From a virus: a stretch of DNA of 31,808 nt. The notes beneath the pieces are model-generated. The model did no database searches and had not been told where the DNA came from. It worked only from the letters and a program-made list of their open reading frames with translations. How positions within the stretch are numbered: the first letter of the stretch is position 1; each line of letters starts with the position of its first letter. Where the stretch lies: UHGV virus genome UHGV-0195917. One strand, given 5' to 3'. Below, one piece after another: positions 1 through 9,273 of the stretch. Made by a program: the position numbers and the translations under genes.

Positions 1-3000
1 ATGGCGGTGAGTATCGGCCCGAAGCTGGGCATCGATGGAGAAGCTGAGTACAGAAAGCAGATCAATCAAATCATCCAGCAAGCCAAAACCCTAAAAAGCG
101 AGATGGACGCCGTTGCGTCATCTTTTACCAAAGAGACGACAGCGGAAGAGAAAAACCGCGCCACAAAAGCTGTGCTGACGAAGCAGATCGAAGCGCAGGA
201 GCAAAAGACGAAGCTTTTGGCGCACATGGTCGAAGAAGCTGCAAAAGCAACAGGCGAAAATAGCACTGAAACCTTAAAATGGAAAGACCAGCTCAACAAA
301 GCAACGGCAGAACTTGGGAAAATGAACCGGCAGATGGAGGATCTGGACGACAGTCTCGACGACACCAGCGACGGTTTTGATGATAACCAAAAAGCGGCAA
401 AAAAATTTGGTGACGAGCTGGACGACGCGAAGATCACGGCGGCGGACTTTGGGGACATCCTGCGCGCAAATATCCTGTCGGACGTGATTGTAAGCGGCTT
501 CCAAAAGCTGGCGGATTATGCCAAAGATTTTGCAAGCGGCACCATCGAAGCGGCGGCCAATGCAAACGCACTCGCGAGCCAGATGGAGCAGACTTTCGGC
601 GCGCTGAAAGGCGAAGCCGACGCGGCGATCGGCCGGGTGGCAAAAAATAGCGGGATTTTGGAGACGCGTCTGCAAGGCGCGGCCGCACAAATCTATGCTT
701 TTGCGCGATCTTCCGGGGGCGACGCAAAGGAAAGTTTACAACTTATGGAAACCGCCCTGCAAGCGGCGGCAGACAGTGCGGCATACTACGACAAAAGTCT
801 CGACCAGACCGTCGAGACAATGCAAAGTTTTCTAAAAGGAAATTTTGCCAACGACGCGGCGCTGGGGCTGAGCGCGACGGAAACCACTCGCAATGCGGCG
901 GCTACCAAACTTTTCCGCAAAGAGTATAACAAACTGACTGAAATCCAGAAGCAAAAAGTGCTGCTGAGCATGGTCACGGACGCCCAAAAGCTATCCGGCG
1001 CGATGGGACAGGCCGCGCGCGAGGCGGACGGCTGGGAAAACGTACAGGGCAACTTGAACGAAACTGTAAAACAATTCCAGGCGCAGGTTGGAAAGCCGGT
1101 GCTGAAAAATCTGATCCCGATCGTGCAGACAAGCACGCAAAAATTTTCAGCATGGCAAAAGTCGGTAAACTGGACAAAATTCAACAAGCAGGTTGCGGCG
1201 GCGTTCGATTTTCTCCTGACAAATGGCCCGAAAATCATCAAAACTGTCGGCGCGATCGGCGGCTCTTTTGTGGCGATTTCTGGCGGCATCAAGACAGTGA
1301 ACGGATTGGCATCCGCTGGGAAAACGCTTGTCGCGGTTCTGGGCGCTGGCGGCGGTGCGGTCGGGATCGTCGGTGCGGCTGCCGCTGCGGCGGTGGGCAT
1401 CGGACTTTTCATCTCAAAGACTTTTGACGCGCGAAATCAGACGGCGGAACTCAATAAAATAGAAAAGTCAAATATTTCCACAATGAGCCAGTTGCGGGAT
1501 ACATATCAGGCGGTATCAGACGCGGCGGCCGAAAAAGCGGACGCGGAAATGGCGGAAGTCGGTCACTTGCAAAATTTGGCAAAAGAACTCGATCTTTTGG
1601 TGGATGCAAATGGCAAAGTAAATGAAGCCAACCGCACGCGTGTGAATTTCATCCTTGGCGAGCTGAATGAAGCGCTCGGCACCGAGTACAAGCTGACCGG
1701 CGACCAAATAAAGGGATATGAAAAACTCCAAAAGAGTGTGGCCAGCTATGTGGAGACACGCCGCGCGGAAATTCTTTTGGAGGAAGCCGAAGCAAAATAC
1801 AGCGAAGCGATAAACCAAAAATCAGAAGTCGAAAATTCCCTTTATAAGCAGAGGCAGGCATTGATTCAGCGTGAGATGGATCTGAAAGAAGCAAATCTCG
1901 CGGTGACAGAGTACGTGCAGAAACGCGGCGACCGCGCGGGTGACTTAGAGCTGGCTAATCTGCGGCTCGTTGCCGGGCAAAAAAAACTTCTTTACCAGGA
2001 ATCGGCAAATACATACGCGGAGTTTTCAAAGCAGTACGACCAGATCAATCAGAACATCGTGGCATATGAGACGGCATCCGCGGAGCTGATGCAGGGACAC
2101 GCTGAAAAGACGATCGAAATCCTTGACAAGCAGAACCGCGCTTTCAAGACGGCGCAGGATGTGGCGTTGGCGGACGCAGAAGAGAGAAAGCGAATCCTTG
2201 GTGAGCAGTACGCGTATGCGGAGGGCATTCTCGAAGAGTATAAAAAAAGGTATGTGGCCGGTATCGAAGGATATACAGCCGAAGGACTGGCCATTTTGGA
2301 ACAAAATGCCAAAGATGCAGCGGAGGAAGCGCGAAAAGTCGGAGTTGAAATCGCGACCGGCACCGAAGCCGGTGCAAAGTCCCAGCTGCCGTCCCTGGAG
2401 GAAGCGCTGAAATCCGGGCTTTTTGATGTGACTTCTGGATTGACATTTGATGTCAACGAGGACGCGCAAGAGATCGGAAAGACCCTCACATCTGGCGTGA
2501 GCGCCGGAGCGCAGGCCACGCTCGCAGGACTGGATGAGACACTGAAAAGGGACTTTTCCGGTGTAACGTCCGGAATTTTGGGAAATGTTGGCGCAGACGG
2601 GCAGCAGATTGGGAAAGCGCTCACCAGCGGCACGGAATCCGGGGCAAAATCCCAAATCCCGACATTAGAGGAAGCGCTGAAAGCTGGCTTTGGTGAAGTG
2701 ACATCCGGTCTGTCCTGGGATGCAAGCAAAGACGCGCAGGATATCGGCAAAAATATCGCGGACGGCACCGAAAAAGGATTTAATTCCAAAAAGTGGACAT
2801 TAAAAGCGCGGATCACGAGCTACTTCCAGGAAATGGTGAAAGGCGTAAAAAAAGCGCTGGGCATCGCGTCCCCGTCCAAAGTTTTTGCAGAAATTGGCAA
2901 ATTTACGGTGGAGGGCTACACCATCGGGCTGGAAAAGACGATGGCGAAAGATATGCGGTCGATCCAGTCCGCTTTTGAGCTGAGCGCCGATGTGGCCGCG

Positions 3001-3159
3001 GCTGCTGGTGCACCGCAGCCGGTCACATACGCGACGACGGAATACGGCGGATTCACAATAAATGTAAACGCCGCACCGGGCCAGAACGAGGAAGCGATCG
3101 CGGACGCGGTATCCGCGCGCATCCAGCAGCAGATCAATCGACGGGAGGCGGTATGGTAA
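1..3159 (+). CDS. Tail tape measure protein
   Basis: 1052-aa Ala/Glu/Lys-rich helical protein. It has a hydrophobic central segment, C-terminal ~44-aa repeats and a GIASPSKVF motif typical of TMP C-termini. It follows the tail chaperones across the circular junction. Confidence 0.93.
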   Translation: MAVSIGPKLGIDGEAEYRKQINQIIQQAKTLKSEMDAVASSFTKETTAEEKNRATKAVLTKQIEAQEQKTKLLAHMVEEAAKATGENSTETLKWKDQLNKATAELGKMNRQMEDLDDSLDDTSDGFDDNQKAAKKFGDELDDAKITAADFGDILRANILSDVIVSGFQKLADYAKDFASGTIEAAANANALASQMEQTFGALKGEADAAIGRVAKNSGILETRLQGAAAQIYAFARSSGGDAKESLQLMETALQAAADSAAYYDKSLDQTVETMQSFLKGNFANDAALGLSATETTRNAAATKLFRKEYNKLTEIQKQKVLLSMVTDAQKLSGAMGQAAREADGWENVQGNLNETVKQFQAQVGKPVLKNLIPIVQTSTQKFSAWQKSVNWTKFNKQVAAAFDFLLTNGPKIIKTVGAIGGSFVAISGGIKTVNGLASAGKTLVAVLGAGGGAVGIVGAAAAAAVGIGLFISKTFDARNQTAELNKIEKSNISTMSQLRDTYQAVSDAAAEKADAEMAEVGHLQNLAKELDLLVDANGKVNEANRTRVNFILGELNEALGTEYKLTGDQIKGYEKLQKSVASYVETRRAEILLEEAEAKYSEAINQKSEVENSLYKQRQALIQREMDLKEANLAVTEYVQKRGDRAGDLELANLRLVAGQKKLLYQESANTYAEFSKQYDQINQNIVAYETASAELMQGHAEKTIEILDKQNRAFKTAQDVALADAEERKRILGEQYAYAEGILEEYKKRYVAGIEGYTAEGLAILEQNAKDAAEEARKVGVEIATGTEAGAKSQLPSLEEALKSGLFDVTSGLTFDVNEDAQEIGKTLTSGVSAGAQATLAGLDETLKRDFSGVTSGILGNVGADGQQIGKALTSGTESGAKSQIPTLEEALKAGFGEVTSGLSWDASKDAQDIGKNIADGTEKGFNSKKWTLKARITSYFQEMVKGVKKALGIASPSKVFAEIGKFTVEGYTIGLEKTMAKDMRSIQSAFELSADVAAAAGAPQPVTYATTEYGGFTINVNAAPGQNEEAIADAVSARIQQQINRREAVW

Positions 3160-3160
3160 A

Positions 3161-3940
3161 ATGGGATATTTTGAGTATAACGGAAAGAAATCCTCAGACT
3201 TCGGGATCGAGATCGAGCGGTATCCGTACATCCCCAGCGGCGCGCGGCTTTTTGAAGCCGTGCAGGTGCCGGGACGATCCGGCACGCTGACGCTGGACAC
3301 GGGCGCATTTTCCAATTACACCCAACCATATGAAGTTTACTACAATACCCAAAAAATGACGCCGAAGATGAACGCCGGGTACTGGGCACAGCGCATCCGC
3401 GGGTGGCTGGCTATGGACGCGGGATATCACCGGCTGCTCGACAGCTACGACGTGCAGACTTTTCGCTTTGCGCGGTACGTCGGCGGGGACGAAATCGAAA
3501 GCATCCGCAATCGATACGGACGCTTTACGGTAAATTTTGACTGTTCTCCGCAGCGATACTTTGTATCGTCGTACGACGAGCCGGAGGAAATCACGGCGAC
3601 TGCCGCCGTGATGAACCCATATTTTACCGCACACCCCTTGCTGCGCATCAAGCTATCGAGCGGCCAGACGTCCGGGACGATCACGATCGGCGGATACACG
3701 ATCCAGATCACCGGCGCGCAGACTGCGTCCGGGCGCGAGCTGGTCATCGACTGCGAGACTGGCGTGGCGTACTACTCCGACACGCCGACGATCAGCCGGC
3801 TTTCGCTGCTGACGGTGACAAATACCGTCACCGGCTTCAATGAATTCCCAATTCTTCCCCATGTTGACGAACCGGGCACCATCGCCGTGGACAGCGGCGG
3901 CTTTGCCATCGACTTTTACAGCCGACTTTGGACGCTATAA
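3161..3940 (+). CDS. Distal tail protein (Dit)
   Basis: Directly after the TMP. N-terminus YFEYNGKKSSDFGI...VPGRSG and FTVNFDCSP are typical of Firmicute siphophage Dit proteins. Confidence 0.85.
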   Translation: MGYFEYNGKKSSDFGIEIERYPYIPSGARLFEAVQVPGRSGTLTLDTGAFSNYTQPYEVYYNTQKMTPKMNAGYWAQRIRGWLAMDAGYHRLLDSYDVQTFRFARYVGGDEIESIRNRYGRFTVNFDCSPQRYFVSSYDEPEEITATAAVMNPYFTAHPLLRIKLSSGQTSGTITIGGYTIQITGAQTASGRELVIDCETGVAYYSDTPTISRLSLLTVTNTVTGFNEFPILPHVDEPGTIAVDSGGFAIDFYSRLWTL

Positions 3941-3954
3941 GGAGGATGAAAAAA

Positions 3955-6261
3955 ATGATTTTTCTTTACGAGCAGACCGAAAAAAATTTCACGACGGCGG
4001 GACTTTGCACGCTGCCGGATGCGACGTCTTGCGTGGTGACAGAGGAAAGAAATGGCGCGTACGAGCTGGAAATGCAGTATCCAATAAATGGTATCGCGTA
4101 TTCTTCCATCACCGCGCGCCGGATCATCTTTTGCCGCCCAAATCCTTACGAGCGCGAGCAGCCTTTCAGAATCTATAAAATTTCAAAGCCAATAAACGGC
4201 ATTGTGACCGTTTACGCCCAGCACATTTCGTACGATCTCAAAGGTATCCCGCTTTCTCCCTTTACTGCGGAGAATATCCTCACGGCGCTGCAAGGCTTCA
4301 CGACGTACGCGGTCGGCGACCAGCCGTTCACTTTCACTACGGACAAAACAACGACGGCAAATTTTGCCGTAACCGTCCCATCGTCCGCCCGGTCGATGCT
4401 CGGCGGGACGGATGGGTCGCTGTTGGATGTGTACGGCGGCGAGTACGTCTTTGATCAATATATCGTCGCGCTGAAAGCCGCGCGCGGAGAAAATCACGGC
4501 GTGGAAATCCGGTACGGGAAAAATTTGACAGACGTCACGCAAGAGGAAAACATTTCCAAAGTCGCGACCGGCGTTTATCCGTACTGGAAAAGCATGACCG
4601 ACGACACGCTGGTGATGCTGACGGAAAAGACGCTGGCCGCGCCCGGCACATACACTTTTTCCCACGTCGTGCCGCTCGATCTTTCGACGGAGTGGGACGA
4701 AGCGCCGACCGAAGCGCAGCTGCGCGCCAGAGCGCAGAAATACATGGAAGATAATGCCATTGGTGTGCCGGAAGTCTCGCTTTCCGTATCTTTTCAACCG
4801 CTGGCGGACACGGTCGAGTATAAAGACCTCGCGCCGCTGGAAGAGGTGCGGCTGTGCGACACGGTGACGGTGCTTTATCCGGAGCTGGGCGTATCGGCGA
4901 CGGCCAAGGTCATCCGCTGCGTGTACAATGTACTGCTGGGACGATATGACAAAATCGACATCGGCGACGCGCGCACGACGTTGGCGGACACGATCGCCGG
5001 GCAGGGTGATGCGATTTCCAATCTTCCCCTTGGCGACGTCGCGAAGCAAGCGACGGAGAGCAGCACAAATATTTCCCAAGAACTGCAAAAACTGCTGGCA
5101 AATGGCATGGGACTTTATACCTCAACCGTGGATGCAGAAAACGGCGGAAAAATTTTCTATATGCATGACAAACCGACGCTGGCACAGTCTACCAATATTT
5201 GGCGTATCCAAGGCGGCGTTTTCGCGGCCAGTGCGGACGGCGGGAACACATGGACGGCAGGATTTACCACCAGCGGGAACTCCGTGACAAAAGTCATCCA
5301 AACGGAAAAGATCGTGTCGCCGGTCGATGATGATGTGTATATCGATATGGTAAACGGTGACATTTCCGCAAAAACTTTGCGAAACTCCGACACGGAAAGC
5401 TACGTGCAGATCGGCTCTGATGGTACGACGTCACAGGGGCTTTTCCTATATCGAGATGATGTTCTTCGTGCCATGATGGCGACGCAACCGGAAACTACGT
5501 CAAAAAATGGAATGAGAACTTGGCTTTTATCTACGGTGGATTTATGGCTGCAAGGCGCACCAAGCCAAAACGGTGAGCCGTGCAGGCTGATCTTTAAGCG
5601 TGATGAAAATGACAAAGCCAACATTTTTTTTGAGATCGGATCGTCCCGAAGTTTTACAATTACACCCAGTCAATATTCTTTTGGCGTCATCGGTGGAGAG
5701 GCTGGATCGATCGATAGCGACGGATATCACGGCTGGGTTAATACAGACAGACTAAGATATGGGATTAATGCAGTAATTGGGAAGAATGCATATGGTGACA
5801 CTATCCATATTCGGGAAAATTCTGGCGATTATACATCGTGGAAAAGCTACGCGGGTACGGAAATCGCAAAGATGGACATGGAAAGCGGAGACTTTTCCAT
5901 CGAGGGAATTTTCAAGTCAAAAGGGAAAGAGTATAGCGGATACGGTACAGGAGAATCCGGATATGTAAAACTCGGCGGAATGGGAATTTGTTGGGGATAT
6001 GAACAATTTACGGTAGATATCTCGACGGCATGGGCTGGTATATACTACGCGAAAACGCAAACTGTTTTCCAATATCCCATACAATTCCAAACCGCACCAT
6101 CATTTTCCATGCAAGTTGAAGATCCGGGAGGAAATGTCATAGGTGCAACAATCGGACAAACGTCAAAAGACTATGCCCAAATCCTGTATACATACAGCCC
6201 GGCATCCGGGACGAGGACGTTTTACATCCATTGGCAAGCATTTGGATTATTGGCAGAATAA
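3955..6261 (+). CDS. Baseplate hub/Tal (prophage endopeptidase-tail family) with C-terminal fibre-like domain
   Basis: GGAGG SD 9 nt before ATG 3955. Motifs VTEERNGAYELEMQYP, QPFRIYKI, YGKNLT. C-terminal GYVKLGGMGICWG...WQAFG resembles gp53-like fibre tip domains. Confidence 0.85.
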   Translation: MIFLYEQTEKNFTTAGLCTLPDATSCVVTEERNGAYELEMQYPINGIAYSSITARRIIFCRPNPYEREQPFRIYKISKPINGIVTVYAQHISYDLKGIPLSPFTAENILTALQGFTTYAVGDQPFTFTTDKTTTANFAVTVPSSARSMLGGTDGSLLDVYGGEYVFDQYIVALKAARGENHGVEIRYGKNLTDVTQEENISKVATGVYPYWKSMTDDTLVMLTEKTLAAPGTYTFSHVVPLDLSTEWDEAPTEAQLRARAQKYMEDNAIGVPEVSLSVSFQPLADTVEYKDLAPLEEVRLCDTVTVLYPELGVSATAKVIRCVYNVLLGRYDKIDIGDARTTLADTIAGQGDAISNLPLGDVAKQATESSTNISQELQKLLANGMGLYTSTVDAENGGKIFYMHDKPTLAQSTNIWRIQGGVFAASADGGNTWTAGFTTSGNSVTKVIQTEKIVSPVDDDVYIDMVNGDISAKTLRNSDTESYVQIGSDGTTSQGLFLYRDDVLRAMMATQPETTSKNGMRTWLLSTVDLWLQGAPSQNGEPCRLIFKRDENDKANIFFEIGSSRSFTITPSQYSFGVIGGEAGSIDSDGYHGWVNTDRLRYGINAVIGKNAYGDTIHIRENSGDYTSWKSYAGTEIAKMDMESGDFSIEGIFKSKGKEYSGYGTGESGYVKLGGMGICWGYEQFTVDISTAWAGIYYAKTQTVFQYPIQFQTAPSFSMQVEDPGGNVIGATIGQTSKDYAQILYTYSPASGTRTFYIHWQAFGLLAE

Positions 6262-6272
6262 GGAGTGATACA

Positions 6273-6938
6273 ATGACAAAAATTTTAGAAAGAATTCCCA
6301 ATTATCCGCCCATCCTCTGCAACAGCAGCAAGCTCGGTCTCATCACCCGCCGCTACGGCTGGGCGCACACCGGGATCGACAGCTGCACCATCACAGGGCT
6401 GGACGTCTGCACGATCTGCGCCGGTACCGTGCAAAAGGTGTATAAAACGGTAACGCATGGGAACTGCATCGAGTACGGATATGACGGCGTCACCGTCCGG
6501 TACTGCCATATGGCGAGGATCACCGTAAAAGTCGGCGCGCAGCTGCCGAAAGGCGCGGTTGTCGGACAGATGGGAGACACTGGGACGATGGCGCACGGCA
6601 TCCATCTGCACCTGGCGCTTTTACTGGATGGCAAGCTGGTTGATCCGGAGCCGTATCTCAAAGGTCAAAAAATGCTGCCAGATCCGGCAGCGAAAAATAC
6701 ATTTGTTGGGGGTAATCTTATGATCCGAAAAGTTACAAATTCTGGGCTGAATCTTCGCAGCGCGGCCGGGGTGGGAAATCCCATCGTGTACGGCAGTATG
6801 CCGATCGGGACGATCCTGATCTGCGGCGAGACGAAGAAAATCAGCGGCGCGACCTGGGCACAGGTGTATGCGCTGATCGATGGCAAGCAGTATGCCGGCT
6901 GGTCGAACATCGGCACCGCGTGGAGCAAGGAGGTCTAA
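6273..6938 (+). CDS. Endolysin: M23 metallopeptidase plus SH3b-like cell-wall binding domain
   Basis: AGGAG SD. HTGID (HxxxD) and HLH (HxH) M23 motifs. C-terminal GLNLRS...W SH3b pattern. Adjacent to the holin. Confidence 0.85.
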   Translation: MTKILERIPNYPPILCNSSKLGLITRRYGWAHTGIDSCTITGLDVCTICAGTVQKVYKTVTHGNCIEYGYDGVTVRYCHMARITVKVGAQLPKGAVVGQMGDTGTMAHGIHLHLALLLDGKLVDPEPYLKGQKMLPDPAAKNTFVGGNLMIRKVTNSGLNLRSAAGVGNPIVYGSMPIGTILICGETKKISGATWAQVYALIDGKQYAGWSNIGTAWSKEV

Positions 6939-6942
6939 AATT

Positions 6943-7467
6943 ATGCTGAACTTTTTCCGTTCTTTGACAATCAACCGACTTGGCGCGGCCGAAGTCGGGC
7001 TGACCGCTGGCGTGGCCGCGCTCGGCGCATGGATGCTGGCGCGCGTCGGCGCGCTGCTCCCGGTCCTGCTGGTACTGCTGGCCGTGATGGTGCTGGACTA
7101 CATCACCGGAATGGTAAAAGCCGGAATCGCTGGGACACTTAACTCCACGCGCGGGTGGCAAGGGCTACTGAAAAAGCTCATGTATGCCGTGACCGTCGCG
7201 ATCGCTATGGTGGCCGACTACCTGCTGTATATCGGGGGCAGCCAGATCGGCATCGATATGCACGAAAGTGCATATTTTGGGACACTTGTCTCGATTTGGC
7301 TAATCATCAATGAATGCATCTCGATTTTGGAAAATCTTTCCGAAATCGGCGTACCCATGCCGGGCTTCCTGGGACGGATTTTGCAGCGCGTCCAGGACAA
7401 AGTGGACGAAACCGGAAAAGATTTGGCAGAATCCGGCAATTCTGAAAGTGAGGATGATGCGACATGA
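6943..7467 (+). CDS. Holin (phage holin 4 / toxin-secretion family)
   Basis: Several hydrophobic segments. Motifs LDYITG, LNS..GWQGLLKK and NECISILENL..GVP.P.FL. Confidence 0.9.
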   Translation: MLNFFRSLTINRLGAAEVGLTAGVAALGAWMLARVGALLPVLLVLLAVMVLDYITGMVKAGIAGTLNSTRGWQGLLKKLMYAVTVAIAMVADYLLYIGGSQIGIDMHESAYFGTLVSIWLIINECISILENLSEIGVPMPGFLGRILQRVQDKVDETGKDLAESGNSESEDDAT

Positions 7468-8576
7468 TGGAGCTGAGCGACTACCGGCGCGGACTTTTCC
7501 AGTGGGACACCGGCCGATCTCTGATCGTGACAGAAAAAGACATCACGGAAGTGCATTTCCAACTGCTGCCGCCGCCCAGCGGCAGCACGGAAACCACCGA
7601 TGTCCCCGTGACGGAAGGCATCGCCCAAATCCCGGACGAGCTGCTGCAAGTCGGCTTGCCGCTGCGCGCGTATGCGTGGGGCGACGGGTACAGTCACTAC
7701 GACCAAACTTTTTGTGTCACAAAAAGGGAAAAGCCGACCGGGTATGCGTCCACGCCTGCCGACGCGATCACGCTGGAAAGCGTGCAAGCAAAACTGCAAG
7801 CGGAAATCGATGGTAAAATAGGGCTTCCGAACCCCGCCACAGGAGTGCCAGGTGATCCAGTCATCCTCACATCCGCAGGTGATGCAGCATATGGTGGTCG
7901 TACGCTTCAAGCCGCAAAGTACATCATAAATGCGGACTCGAATATCCAGACCTCACGAATCGGAAAATATTTTTTCATAAATGAATTGTATATTTTCCCA
8001 AAATCTGAAATTCGCGTTTCTTTTGTAGATAGCGAAACAGCTGAAAGTATGGAAAATTATACCAATTCTAAACCTGCTGGAAGCCCCGATGTCGGGGTGT
8101 GGATACTAAAGTCGCGGCAGCTCTACATCGCGTCAGTATATGGAATCGGCACATGCATTTTTGATATGGGAAACGATAACGCACTAGGAATGTTTTCCAG
8201 TTTTGAGTTCACATCATACAGCAAAGACTATGAAACAGAAATCCCAGAAATTACCGTTTGCGCAAATAACATCGATGAGGATGGTGGAATTAGCAGACTG
8301 GTGATAAAAAACGCTTGGTTAAATGGGAAAAAGTTGGGATCACCTGACTATGCGGTTTTAGCGCTCGCGCTTGCGGTTTTTTACTTTATCGACGCCACAT
8401 CAAAAGAAAATGTTCCAGACATAAAAATATATGCAAATTTGAATGGGATTATTTCCCCGCTTTACGCCATCCACAAGGATGATCTGGGATACTTTGATGG
8501 TAAATTCTTCCTTCCGAGCATAATCTCGACAGGCGAAGAACACGGCATATCGGAAAAACTTGTGACATTATTCTAA
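7464..8576 (+). CDS. Putative structural/receptor-binding protein with BppU-like N-terminus and AT-rich variable C-terminus
   Basis: N-terminal LFQWDTGRSL...IPDELLQ...V.KREKP.GY resembles upper-baseplate N-domains. Composition turns more AT-rich after ~7810. Confidence 0.55.
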   Translation: MMELSDYRRGLFQWDTGRSLIVTEKDITEVHFQLLPPPSGSTETTDVPVTEGIAQIPDELLQVGLPLRAYAWGDGYSHYDQTFCVTKREKPTGYASTPADAITLESVQAKLQAEIDGKIGLPNPATGVPGDPVILTSAGDAAYGGRTLQAAKYIINADSNIQTSRIGKYFFINELYIFPKSEIRVSFVDSETAESMENYTNSKPAGSPDVGVWILKSRQLYIASVYGIGTCIFDMGNDNALGMFSSFEFTSYSKDYETEIPEITVCANNIDEDGGISRLVIKNAWLNGKKLGSPDYAVLALALAVFYFIDATSKENVPDIKIYANLNGIISPLYAIHKDDLGYFDGKFFLPSIISTGEEHGISEKLVTLF

Positions 8577-8584
8577 AGTATGCA

Positions 8585-8613
8585 TTGACAATAAGCGGGG
8601 ATTATGGTATAAT
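8585..8613 (+). promoter_or_regulatory. Consensus sigmaA promoter driving a short rightward transcript
   Basis: TTGACA (8585-8590), 17 bp, TATAAT (8608-8613), with TG extension. Confidence 0.85.
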
Positions 8614-8619
8614 TAAGTC

Positions 8620-8747
8620 AACGCGAAAAGGCGAAAAATCCAAATGCGCGGTCAGCTGCCGCGCGGGTTTTGCGGCGTGGGATTGGTGCACCGATCTCGC
8701 GCTATTTTTATGCAAAGAAAAAGAGACTGTTTCCAGTCTCTTTTTTT
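8620..8747 (+). ncRNA. Candidate structured small RNA
   Basis: Lies between a perfect promoter and an intrinsic terminator. Stems GCGCGG/CCGCGC (8646-8664) and GGGATTGG/CCGATCTC (8679-8698). No ORF with a good SD. Confidence 0.5.
8718..8747. terminator. Bidirectional intrinsic terminator
   Basis: AAAAA-GAGACTG-TTTC-CAGTCTC-TTTTTTT. Confidence 0.88.
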
Positions 8748-8820
8748 GGATTAGGCGATACGCTTTCGACTTTTTACAGTCACCCCCGCACACGCGGGGA
8801 CTGGGTATCGCCTGATCACA
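8718..8820 (-). ncRNA. Solitary type I-E CRISPR repeat-like RNA (candidate Racr / crRNA mimic)
   Basis: Minus strand reads CCAG-TCCCCGC-GTGT-GCGGGGGTGA-CTG (core 8780-8800), matching the Firmicute I-E repeat form. Single copy, with its own promoter and terminator. Confidence 0.6.
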
Positions 8821-8825
8821 TATAC

Positions 8826-8854
8826 AGTATATCATGGATGCGGGCGGATGTCAA
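8826..8854 (-). promoter_or_regulatory. sigmaA promoter for the repeat-like RNA
   Basis: Minus strand TTGACA (8854-8849), 17 bp, TATACT (8831-8826), with TG extension. Confidence 0.8.
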
Positions 8855-8873
8855 GAGGGCAACGACAAAATTT

Positions 8874-9203
8874 TTAGATATCGTATACGCCAAAGCCCTG
8901 ATCGATGTACTCGGCACCATCGTACCGGCTTTCAGTCCCCAGCCGCTCATACAGGCGCGCCGCGCGGTCGTTGTCCGGGGCGATGGCCACACCGCCATAG
9001 ATATCGGACACTTGCAAGAGGGCATCCGTTCCGATCCCGCGGCCGCGGTACTGCTCGTCGATGTCGATCCGCTCCACGTACGAGCCGTCGTCGCTGTCCA
9101 TGACGGTCATGGCTCCCACCGTCACGCCCTCGGAAACGATCTCATATCCGATCGCCGTGTAACTATCTTCGATCTGCTCGCGTACTTTAACCAACTTCGT
9201 CAT
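8874..9203 (-). CDS. Minimal GNAT family acetyltransferase
   Basis: Acetyl-CoA motif A IDIDEQYRGRGIGT and motif B DNDRAARLYERLG. GGAGG SD and own promoter. Confidence 0.85.
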   Translation of the reverse strand: MTKLVKVREQIEDSYTAIGYEIVSEGVTVGAMTVMDSDDGSYVERIDIDEQYRGRGIGTDALLQVSDIYGGVAIAPDNDRAARLYERLGTESRYDGAEYIDQGFGVYDI

Positions 9204-9232
9204 GATTTTTGCCCTCCGTGTTTCTCTTTGAC

Positions 9233-9273
9233 TGTGATTATATTATACCACGTAATCCGTGGAAAGTCAAGAG
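9233..9273 (-). promoter_or_regulatory. Promoter with palindromic operator (copy 1)
   Basis: Minus strand TTGACT, 17 bp, TATAAT; the spacer contains CCACG-GATTA-CGTGG. 40/41 identical to 10574-10614. Confidence 0.85.

Noticed and set aside
2300..2790. About 44-aa repeats in the tape measure C-terminal region
   Set aside because: Real, but periodic repeats are ordinary for tape measure proteins.
3955..8576. Diversity-generating retroelement or invertible shufflon acting on tail genes
   Set aside because: No reverse transcriptase or invertase, and I saw no template/variable repeat pair or inversion sites.
8777..8805. A true CRISPR mini-array
   Set aside because: Only one repeat copy was found and there are no cas genes. 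It is reported as a solitary repeat unit instead.
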